Below the pieces are notes generated by a model. It was not told the origin of the DNA, made no database searches, and saw nothing but the letters and a program-made list of their open reading frames with translations. The translations under genes were made by a program, and so were the position numbers. Below, piece after piece: positions 55,400-64,000 of a DNA stretch of 64,000 bases (position 1 is its first letter; each line of letters begins with the position of its first letter). The DNA is taken from IMG/VR virus record IMGVR_UViG_3300036944_001289, positions 1 through 64,000 of that record. One strand, 5' to 3'.

Positions 55400-57766
55400 A
55401 TGTCATTGACACAAAAAAATATTACTACGTTTGAGGTACTTAATAGTATCACAAATGATATAGATGATCAAAAATATGATTCTGTAAAGCTATTTTCGTT
55501 TATTGAGTTTCTCAATTATGCAAAAGCTGTTACAAATAGTGTAATAAATTTTGATCAATATACTATTTACATTAAAAACTGGAACGAAAAAATAAAGCAA
55601 AATAATGACTCTACATTTTCTGATACACAGAACCAGTTCTTAAATCTTCTAACAGAAATAAAAATAAAATATACTTCTGCTGAAGAAAAGAAATACATAT
55701 CTAATTTAGATGTTAATAACCCAGAAAATCTAGAAATTATTATACCGTTTTTTGCAAGAAAAATAAAAGAAATATGTTTATATTTTGCAAATAAAAAGAA
55801 AACTTTTAATAAAAATTTAAGTTTTGTATCTCAAAAAGGCAACGTACAGAGTATAGAAGAGGTTATAAAAGATACTGTAATTTCTTTATTCTCAACTGAT
55901 GATAACTCATTAAATCTAACAACTACTCAATCCCTATCTTCAATAATACGAGATTTAGTAATAGAAGTAGAGAGACAATATGACGTTTTTAATGATTACT
56001 ATGATTTAGATCCCAATAAAACACCAGACTTTTATAATGCTACAGGCAAACGTAAGCAATACTTTACGTCAAATACAAATAATATCGTTTCTGAGTATTT
56101 TTTTGATATAGATACTGCTATAAGAAAGTTAATATCTAGTAAAGTAATAACCTTAAAAGAATTGACTAGTTTAGCAGTAAATATAAATTCTACAGAATTA
56201 TCATACTTAGATATTACAGATACTATTGATTATACCCAACCAACTAGAACTAACTTAAAATACAACATTGATGTCGAATTAGTAAAAAATTATATTGGTA
56301 CAGATTTTTACTACGTATCATCCAACTCACTAGGTGAGGTATTGTCAGGTAAACTCTTTAGTAATGGCAAGTATCATCGTAACCTCTTAAACATTTTTAA
56401 TCCCTCAACTTTAACAGTAGATAATGATGAAATATTAACAGAGAGACAAATTGGATTATTTTTTAAACCAACGTATCAAGGTATAATTAAGATGGATTCG
56501 CATTTTGATTATTTTATAGATAAGTCTCAAATAGAATCAAATAAGATCTATGTATTCCCTGACCCATCGAAGTATGGTAATATAAGTAATACATCAAAAA
56601 CACAAAACTATATACCACTAACGTTTATATTAGATGATGCTAGCGTTGCTAGAAATATATCTACCTCTTTTGGTTCTAATTTACCTAAAACATATGTAGG
56701 TACTCAACAGTTTACTTCTTATACAGCCTTAGAAAATAAAAACTTTATTCCTGACTATAGTGGTAATTTTAATAGTATAGAACAATTTACAGATAAAGGT
56801 GATATATATAGTAAAGATACGGATATTTTTGGTAATATCTTTATTAGTTTTGCACAGGACTCTTATTTTAAACAAGACGTTGAAGGTAGCTTTATAGGTG
56901 GTACACCCTCTAATTTAAACTTTAATAACACAACTACACAGTTTACAACCGAAACACCTGATGGTAAAGAAACACTGTCTTTTAAACAGTTATCTACTAA
57001 AAACTATTTTATTATCGACATAACTACTGAAAATGTAACACCTTTATCAGGTGGTTTTGAAAATGTCTTTAAAAAATACGTAGGTAACTCAGTATTGTAT
57101 GAGCAGTTGAATAATTCTGTCTTAGACTTAGCAATGTTCGGTAATGTATATTTTATTAAGACGTTGAATTATGTTGTCATAGATAGATTTACATATGATA
57201 CAAAATTAAAAGCAACAGGTGATATACCTGTAATATTAGAATACAACAGACAACCAAGTGTCGGTGCCGATATAACTGCTATTACCAACCCATATAGAGT
57301 AGGTGATGATATATATTATATTAAATTAGAAACAAAAAATAACGTAAACACCAAATATGTTATTCATTCTATATACAAATATAATCTAAAGACGGCTACA
57401 AGGTTTACAATACTGGATAACAGAACAACAAATGAAAGTACTTTTGCTGAAATATTTACGTTTGATAGTATGACTACGAATATTGTAAAGATAAGACAGT
57501 CAAAGTTAATATTTAACACAAAAACTAATGCGTTTTGTTTGGTTACAAATTACGTGGATCTTAATTTCATGCCTCTAATACATGTGCTGATATTTAGAAT
57601 AAAGAATAGCGAGCTTAGTATATTTACTAACCGATATTTCAGCCCTTTAAACCACAATGTTACGGAAAACTTTTACACTGAAAATGTATTATCTAGTGAT
57701 TTTGCAACCCAAACAATAGTATCTACACCAACTCAAACTTTTACAGATGGAACAATTAACTTCTAA
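55400..57766 (+). CDS. Virion/baseplate structural protein
   Basis: 788 aa, late operon, TAAATA upstream. Confidence 0.6.
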   Translation: MSLTQKNITTFEVLNSITNDIDDQKYDSVKLFSFIEFLNYAKAVTNSVINFDQYTIYIKNWNEKIKQNNDSTFSDTQNQFLNLLTEIKIKYTSAEEKKYISNLDVNNPENLEIIIPFFARKIKEICLYFANKKKTFNKNLSFVSQKGNVQSIEEVIKDTVISLFSTDDNSLNLTTTQSLSSIIRDLVIEVERQYDVFNDYYDLDPNKTPDFYNATGKRKQYFTSNTNNIVSEYFFDIDTAIRKLISSKVITLKELTSLAVNINSTELSYLDITDTIDYTQPTRTNLKYNIDVELVKNYIGTDFYYVSSNSLGEVLSGKLFSNGKYHRNLLNIFNPSTLTVDNDEILTERQIGLFFKPTYQGIIKMDSHFDYFIDKSQIESNKIYVFPDPSKYGNISNTSKTQNYIPLTFILDDASVARNISTSFGSNLPKTYVGTQQFTSYTALENKNFIPDYSGNFNSIEQFTDKGDIYSKDTDIFGNIFISFAQDSYFKQDVEGSFIGGTPSNLNFNNTTTQFTTETPDGKETLSFKQLSTKNYFIIDITTENVTPLSGGFENVFKKYVGNSVLYEQLNNSVLDLAMFGNVYFIKTLNYVVIDRFTYDTKLKATGDIPVILEYNRQPSVGADITAITNPYRVGDDIYYIKLETKNNVNTKYVIHSIYKYNLKTATRFTILDNRTTNESTFAEIFTFDSMTTNIVKIRQSKLIFNTKTNAFCLVTNYVDLNFMPLIHVLIFRIKNSELSIFTNRYFSPLNHNVTENFYTENVLSSDFATQTIVSTPTQTFTDGTINF

Positions 57767-58376
57767 ACCAACATATACCATATACATATCAGGATATGAA
57801 CCTGTATCTATGTCGTATACTCTCTACCAAACACACAGTATACAGGGTAGTACAAATTTAATATTCAATCTTACTGGTATTGATATAGGCACATACGGTG
57901 TATATAGAGTAAAATGTACTACACCTGAATTAAATATTTTTGATATTACAACATCTATTTCTGGTAATACGGTTTTCATATCTAATCCTATAATAAACTA
58001 TACATATTATCCTAAAAATAAAAACGATTATATCACTGTAGATGTTTTATACAGAAACGGATATAAAACTACATTTGGTATTACTCTATGCACAGTTGCA
58101 GAGAATATACTAGACAAGGACTTAACGTTACTAAACACGCAAATGCTTTATTATAGCGGTGTTTATATACCATTCTTTAATTTTGAAAGTAATGAAAATA
58201 TCATATACCCTGTTGCATACTCAACAGTACTAGTACAACAGCAAACATCATCGGCAGTTATTTATTTAAAGACAGACCCTGAAATAGACACATCTGTATC
58301 AGAAACAACATTTTATGGTCTCAGTGCATCCAACTTTATTAATACTGAAAATTCAGAGCGTATTGTAGGAGTATAA
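57747..58376 (+). CDS. Virion protein, hypothetical
   Basis: Late operon. Confidence 0.55.
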   Translation: MEQLTSKPTYTIYISGYEPVSMSYTLYQTHSIQGSTNLIFNLTGIDIGTYGVYRVKCTTPELNIFDITTSISGNTVFISNPIINYTYYPKNKNDYITVDVLYRNGYKTTFGITLCTVAENILDKDLTLLNTQMLYYSGVYIPFFNFESNENIIYPVAYSTVLVQQQTSSAVIYLKTDPEIDTSVSETTFYGLSASNFINTENSERIVGV

Positions 58377-58384
58377 ATATTCTT

Positions 58385-61009
58385 ATGTCAACAGATATCA
58401 AGATTTCAGAACTTAACGAGATTAGTGTTAATAAAACTATTAATCAGTTGATTGTTAATGATAGGGCTAATAGTTCAGATCCTGGAATAACAAGAAAGAT
58501 TTCAATCAGTAATCTGTTACCTACCTATAACGCAGCTGATTCAAGTAGAAGGGCAATAGTAGGTAATGAACAGTTAATATCAACACAACAGTCTCCGGGT
58601 TCTGAAGCTGTAAATACTAATGTTATAAGAGATAGCGCAATAACAGAGTCGAAAATTGCAAGTCAATCTGTTACAGGTTCTAAAATAGCTAACAGTACTA
58701 TAACAAATACAAACATAGCTGATGGTACATTATTAGGTTCAAAAATATCTACAACAACAAGTATTACTGTTAACTCTCTAAACGCAACAACATTACAAGG
58801 TAGTACACTAAATGTTACAGGTAATACAACGTTTAATACAAAACAGTATACATGGCCAAGTTCTTATACGGGTGATAGATATTTAAGAGTTGATGGTGCA
58901 GGTAATCTTTCATGGTCTCAACCTATACAGGGGTCTGGAACATCACTAGTGTTTGCTGATGCTATACCGATTGGTGCTATAATGCCATGGGCTTCTGCAT
59001 CTACTCCTTCAAACTATCTTCTATGTAATGGTGGTACTTTTAATGGTACTCAATATCCAGGGTTATCATCAATTTTAGGTGAAACATATGGTCCAAAAGT
59101 TGGTGATCTTTATAAACTACCTGATTTAAGAGGTAAAATAGCGGTAGGTTCTGGTACTAATGTACGTGACGTATCCGGAAATACAGCCACATTTACATTA
59201 GGCACTTCAGGTGGTGAATACGTTCATACACTAACTATTGCAGAGATACCACCCCACAAACACGATTTAACAATTAGGACTACTGGTTCTCAAGGAGATA
59301 GTACGGTACCTTGGGGTCTTAATAATTCTGGTACTACAGGTAATGCAGATTCATCAATAACTATGGGATTAACAGGTGGTGGTGAATCACATACAAATAC
59401 TCAGCCATATTTAGTAACAAACTACATTATAAAAGCACTACCAGATCCAAAAGTAAACTTTAATTTAATTGTAGGACCTGGTTTATCTGCTAATACAGCC
59501 ACAGGTAATATAGATCTTTCAGGTGGTACATTACAAGTACGTGTTGATAATACATCAATAGGTTTTGATGGTCTAAATAGACTAACTTTAGTAAATCAAC
59601 CGGTACCGCAAATTGTAAGACAATTTCCTGAAAATTCTAACAATCGCAGATTTGTAGGTGATGGTTTTGCTTTTGTTGATTACGAAGGTAATGCTAGAGT
59701 GATAGGTGAAAATTCTGCTTATAATAGATTTGGTACACTAAATGTATATGCACCAGGTGCTATAGTCCCACTACCAAATAACGTAAAAGTTAGTAAATTA
59801 TTTACAACTGACGATAAAACATTTATTTTAACAACAGCTGGAAATGTTTATGCTATGGGTAGAAACGATTACGGTCAGTTGGGTGTAGGAGGTACAACCA
59901 GTACTATATCATACCCTACGCAATGTAATCTCTCTAATATTACAAAAATGATATTATCTTACGATGACCGAAATCTATCAACCATGGCATTAGATTCAAA
60001 TGGACGCCTTTATAGCTTTGGCCATAATGGTTTTGGCCAACTAGGTAATGGAACAACAACAAATACTGGTATAGGTAATCCAGGTTTAGTGCTTGGGTCA
60101 GTTATACCGGTTGTTGATGTAGTTGCTGCGGGTGGTTATAATCTTAGTACTGTACCTGAAACATACTGCGCATTGCTTGCGAATAGTCAAGTACGCATGG
60201 TAGGTTATGGTGGTTACGGTCAAATGGGTAACAATACAACAACCAGTACAAATACAACCTGGTTATCTGTCGTTAATCCTCTAGCGACTACACAACCATT
60301 ATCAGGTATAGTAGCTGTTTATGCAGGAGGTTATGATGCATCCACTGCATTCTATGCATTAAGCGCTGGTAATAACCTTTCACTTAGTGGTGGTAGATTA
60401 TATGGCTGGGGGCGCGGTGAATGGGGTAACTTTGGTAACAATTCTGTCACCGAAACAAATAGTATACCTGTACTAGTAACAACAAATGTACTAAGTGCAT
60501 GGGTGGGTGGTGGTAATGGTCAACCTCCTTTTTTAATTGTTAAGAGACGTGAGGCTAACGGTAGTACTCGTATTTATGGTTGTGGTGAGAATAGCAGTGG
60601 CCAGTTAGGTACAGGTGTTACTACAAATGCAAGACAACTATCAGCTATAACATCTTTAGATGGTATAGATATTGAGCAAATATATATCTCCGGGGTAAAT
60701 AGTCCAGAACCACATGTATTTGCTAAAGAAAAAAATACTAATAGAATATTTGCTACAGGTTACAACGCTCAAGGTCAGCTAGGTCTTGGAGATTACGTTC
60801 AGCGTAATTCATTTACACCGGTAAACTTCAATATAACATCATCAATCGTTGATATATATTGCAACTTTACTGATGCAATAGGTGGTACAACAACTATCTT
60901 AACAGCGGATGGTCAGACATACATTACAGGTAAATGTAGATGGGGTGCAGGTACAATAACAGATACTAACAGAGTATTTTTTGCACGAAACACACAGCTA
61001 TTGTGTTAA
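58385..61009 (+). CDS. Tail fibre with tail-collar domain and C-terminal RCC1-like beta-propeller
   Basis: IKISEL; PIGAIMPW...LLCNG...LPDLRG...QPYLVTNYIIK collar; repeated G.N..GQLG.G. Confidence 0.85.
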   Translation: MSTDIKISELNEISVNKTINQLIVNDRANSSDPGITRKISISNLLPTYNAADSSRRAIVGNEQLISTQQSPGSEAVNTNVIRDSAITESKIASQSVTGSKIANSTITNTNIADGTLLGSKISTTTSITVNSLNATTLQGSTLNVTGNTTFNTKQYTWPSSYTGDRYLRVDGAGNLSWSQPIQGSGTSLVFADAIPIGAIMPWASASTPSNYLLCNGGTFNGTQYPGLSSILGETYGPKVGDLYKLPDLRGKIAVGSGTNVRDVSGNTATFTLGTSGGEYVHTLTIAEIPPHKHDLTIRTTGSQGDSTVPWGLNNSGTTGNADSSITMGLTGGGESHTNTQPYLVTNYIIKALPDPKVNFNLIVGPGLSANTATGNIDLSGGTLQVRVDNTSIGFDGLNRLTLVNQPVPQIVRQFPENSNNRRFVGDGFAFVDYEGNARVIGENSAYNRFGTLNVYAPGAIVPLPNNVKVSKLFTTDDKTFILTTAGNVYAMGRNDYGQLGVGGTTSTISYPTQCNLSNITKMILSYDDRNLSTMALDSNGRLYSFGHNGFGQLGNGTTTNTGIGNPGLVLGSVIPVVDVVAAGGYNLSTVPETYCALLANSQVRMVGYGGYGQMGNNTTTSTNTTWLSVVNPLATTQPLSGIVAVYAGGYDASTAFYALSAGNNLSLSGGRLYGWGRGEWGNFGNNSVTETNSIPVLVTTNVLSAWVGGGNGQPPFLIVKRREANGSTRIYGCGENSSGQLGTGVTTNARQLSAITSLDGIDIEQIYISGVNSPEPHVFAKEKNTNRIFATGYNAQGQLGLGDYVQRNSFTPVNFNITSSIVDIYCNFTDAIGGTTTILTADGQTYITGKCRWGAGTITDTNRVFFARNTQLLC

Positions 61010-61686
61010 GCAACACGGCGCCAAATATACAGACCAAAATATGGTGGTATATTATTGTGCGGTACTGCGGGTGTTAATCCACCTATAGCACTTAACCCAG
61101 TTATAGTAATAGTAGAGTAGCTTATGTTACGATTAGCAGTAAGTACTCTACTACCACTTGCAGCATCATCACTAGTTACACGTTCTGTAGCTTGTATTGC
61201 GTGGTTGTGTGGTGGTAGTTCACTAGCGGATAATCCGTGAGTATATTCACCTACGGTATCACTACCTGCACATACACTGACGCTAAATGTATTCCCATTT
61301 TTATCAGTACCAGTACCTACACCTGCTATAAATCTACCTTGAGAAATTTGAACCCATGTAAACCCCAAAAAGCTAGCAAAACTTGAGTTAGAAGTAGTAA
61401 AGTATACACTATTTATAGGATATATAGTATTTAATATCGACTGAAACGCACCGGATGACGTGGGTATATCAAAATTACTGGCAGAGATAGTACCAACCAC
61501 GTTAAAGGGACCTGTAACTCTAGCACCGTTATTTATCGTACTTATAGAAAAAGAACTTTCATTACCCATACCATCGGTTATAACTGAAAGCTTCGATGTT
61601 AATGTGTTATTAGGTGCTGCTTCAGTACCGATATTTAAAACAGATTTGTATGTTTGTTCGATTGTTTTGGTCGATAAATTACTCAT
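61006..61686 (-). CDS. Baseplate/short-fibre collar protein
   Basis: IYPINSVY, W.QISQGRF..GVG, GEYTH.L...ELP.H.H, HNNIPPY...YIWRRVA. Confidence 0.78.
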   Translation of the reverse strand: MSNLSTKTIEQTYKSVLNIGTEAAPNNTLTSKLSVITDGMGNESSFSISTINNGARVTGPFNVVGTISASNFDIPTSSGAFQSILNTIYPINSVYFTTSNSSFASFLGFTWVQISQGRFIAGVGTGTDKNGNTFSVSVCAGSDTVGEYTHGLSASELPPHNHAIQATERVTSDDAASGSRVLTANRNISYSTITITGLSAIGGLTPAVPHNNIPPYFGLYIWRRVA

Positions 61687-61694
61687 AATATTAT

Positions 61695-63398
61695 TTAATT
61701 AAATGGTATAACTTGTGTTGTTGAATACTTGGTATTAATAATTGTTGGTTCAATAATACTTAATATTGTATGTTGATAATCAAGTATTTTCTTAAAAACA
61801 CGATTTACAACTTGGGGTGATATATTTTCATTTACACCTACAAAATAATCGAGTGTCTTTTCTTTTCTTATATTAGATACATCGTCTACAGATAGTACAG
61901 AAACGCTATCGAGTAGTAGATCATAATTTGTATAATTATATGATAACTTAGACTGAATAAAAGATACAAATATATCATGATTGTATAGCAACTTATATAA
62001 CATTCTATTAAACGTTATGTTATTAACGTAATCTTTTTGTAGTAAAATATTACTCTCATTGTATATACTAAAATGGTTCTTTTGTAATGTACTTGTTAGA
62101 TCATTTTGCTCTTGAAACAGCATAAATCTATTGGTATCATATATCATGATATAATCGTAATTATTATCTGTAATTATACTAGAAAATGAAAGGCTTGATA
62201 CAGAAGATATGGTGGTATTACCCCATATAAATTTGCCTATTTTATTCTGTAATTTGTTTAAGAATAGCTTATATACATTTTTAGTTGTACTAACATATAC
62301 AATGTTACTATCATTATATGATATTTTGATTTTATTACAATATTCGCCTATATCAAGAATGATATTCGTACTAACAACCTCTGCTGTAGTATCTAATAAA
62401 GGTGACGATTTTACAATTACACCTGTTTTGGTCAGTATATATAAGTTTCCATTTACATCTTTCTCTATATAACAGGGTTCGTTTGTTTGAAATACTTTAC
62501 TATTAACGTATTTTGTAGTAAACGTCATCTTTGAGTTGTATATGTATACTGTAAAAGAAGATCTATCATAGACGTATAATAAATCGTCAATATAACGTAC
62601 AACAGATGGTTCAATCAAACCACCTATTATGTGCACTAATTTCGGGTTATTTAAAGAAACTCTACTATTATTGAGTGTTGAGTTAATACTAATCTTATAA
62701 ACCTGTTTATTATCCTTATCTGCAATATATAAGTTACCGTTGCTATCTGCATCTATTGAAGATATATTTAAGAAGTTTATTTTTGAAGTTGCGTCTACCG
62801 CAGTTGCAGATGCAACTGCTCTAAATGTATTAAATTGATTATTAAAATTAAATATGAAATATGCGCTTGGTGTCTGTGTTACTACGTTTAGATTATCACC
62901 GTAAAAATTCTTTACTAATAATATATCACTTATTGCAGTTAGTTGCGGGTTTACAGACTGTATACCATATGCACCGGAGTTAGCTGATGATTTCCAGTTT
63001 AATAAGGTGCCTCCGTTTGAAGTAACAGACGCATAGGCGGTATAACCATTCGGTAAGTTATTAGTTAATGCAGAGCATCGTCTGTATAAATCGAAAAAAT
63101 TACTAATGATTTTACCAATTTTTAAATTAATCGAATTCGAATTTACGATTTCATTACTGCTAAAGGTTATATCCTGTTCGTTATACGGTAACGATGTATC
63201 TGTGAGCGGGGTATAGTTAAAATATCCTTCGTTGATAATAAAATCATTTAAAATGTTAGATTGGTTCTGTAATTGTGCGGAAGTATTTGTATAATATCTA
63301 TTAACATATGCAATATTGTCTTTCAGGTTATAAAAACCTGTATATGCAGACCCGTTATAGGTAAACGTATCACCTTCTGTGTAATTATAAATGTTCAT
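61695..63398 (-). CDS. Virion protein with beta-propeller (NHL-like) segment
   Basis: IDADSNGNLYIAD, IEKDVNGNLYI repeats. Confidence 0.6.
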   Translation of the reverse strand: MNIYNYTEGDTFTYNGSAYTGFYNLKDNIAYVNRYYTNTSAQLQNQSNILNDFIINEGYFNYTPLTDTSLPYNEQDITFSSNEIVNSNSINLKIGKIISNFFDLYRRCSALTNNLPNGYTAYASVTSNGGTLLNWKSSANSGAYGIQSVNPQLTAISDILLVKNFYGDNLNVVTQTPSAYFIFNFNNQFNTFRAVASATAVDATSKINFLNISSIDADSNGNLYIADKDNKQVYKISINSTLNNSRVSLNNPKLVHIIGGLIEPSVVRYIDDLLYVYDRSSFTVYIYNSKMTFTTKYVNSKVFQTNEPCYIEKDVNGNLYILTKTGVIVKSSPLLDTTAEVVSTNIILDIGEYCNKIKISYNDSNIVYVSTTKNVYKLFLNKLQNKIGKFIWGNTTISSVSSLSFSSIITDNNYDYIMIYDTNRFMLFQEQNDLTSTLQKNHFSIYNESNILLQKDYVNNITFNRMLYKLLYNHDIFVSFIQSKLSYNYTNYDLLLDSVSVLSVDDVSNIRKEKTLDYFVGVNENISPQVVNRVFKKILDYQHTILSIIEPTIINTKYSTTQVIPFN

Positions 63399-64000
63399 CG
63401 TATGTCAAGATTGTATGTAATATCGCTTATATTTGAAGGTAGTATAGATCTAACTCTATCATTAACTACACTTGTCAAAGAGCTTGCGGTTGTACTATCA
63501 ACGTCTAATCCTTTAATATAAACTAATACTTTATTAGATAATCTACCAGGTATGTTATACTTGAAGATATTATCTACGGTTTCTATAGAATTTCTATCAT
63601 CACAAGTGAAGTCGATGTTTATATTGTCTATAGTTATACCTCTCATATAGAGATACTTAATAAAGTCATCTGATAAGGATATGTTGTATATATTAAAATC
63701 TGATACATCGAAACCTGTTGCAATTATTTTTTGATTTGTTATGTAGTCTGTTATTGACTTGTCACTATAATTCTGATTACCTAAGTATAGAATATTTTTA
63801 ACTATAGTGTCAATAGATAATAAATTAGTAGGTGTACTAATGGAATTAGTTAGTACACCATTAACGTAAACATTAATTACACCGTCGAGTAAATTAAAGT
63901 CCATATCAATATGGTTATCTAGGTATTGTAATGGTATTACGTCAATAATTGAATTATCGTTCAGTACATTAACTGAAGAGTAATTAAACGCCCAATACGA
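63395..64000 (-). CDS. C-terminal part of a LamG-like virion protein, truncated at window end
   Basis: Frame open to 64000; INVYVNG...LYLG...DFNIYNISLS. Confidence 0.6.
   Translation of the reverse strand, partial: SYWAFNYSSVNVLNDNSIIDVIPLQYLDNHIDMDFNLLDGVINVYVNGVLTNSISTPTNLLSIDTIVKNILYLGNQNYSDKSITDYITNQKIIATGFDVSDFNIYNISLSDDFIKYLYMRGITIDNINIDFTCDDRNSIETVDNIFKYNIPGRLSNKVLVYIKGLDVDSTTASSLTSVVNDRVRSILPSNISDITYNLDIR

Overview
The window is a segment of a large, AT-rich T4-like (myovirus) phage genome with three zones. (1) 1-31.9 kb is a minus-strand accessory/early region: 3'-5' exonuclease, thioredoxin, SPFH protein, a tiny PEP-CTERM protein, ATP-dependent DNA ligase, metallophosphoesterase, a NAMPT-like + PRS-like pair (NARP1-type NAD+ rebuilding), AAA ATPases, Pth2, GMP reductase, a DUF2828/TROVE(Ro60)-like vWA protein and a MoxR-type AAA/vWA-peptidase pair. 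Many of these genes carry an upstream GGAA(C/A)-N5-TANNAT motif. (2) 37.5-45 kb is a minus-strand array of 30 tRNAs covering all 20 amino acids, plus tmRNA, an HNH endonuclease and several non-tRNA structured RNAs. (3) 32-37 kb and 45-64 kb hold virion/baseplate/tail genes preceded by T4-like TAAATA late promoters. The three strongest candidates for something new are: (a) a classical-looking ribosome-dependent attenuator (32-codon leader using 18 of 20 amino acids, antiterminator and terminator) directly upstream of the tRNA array, possibly a pan-tRNA sensor; (b) five AAGU..CAGCAA..ACUU hairpin RNAs, one filling the 5' UTR of the Ro-like DUF2828 gene and one fused to a circularly permuted tRNA mimic, suggesting a Ro/Y-RNA-like system; (c) a ~350-nt RNA with a permuted tRNA core downstream of an unknown coiled-coil gene. 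All calls are by eye from sequence and motifs; no searches or folding programs were run.
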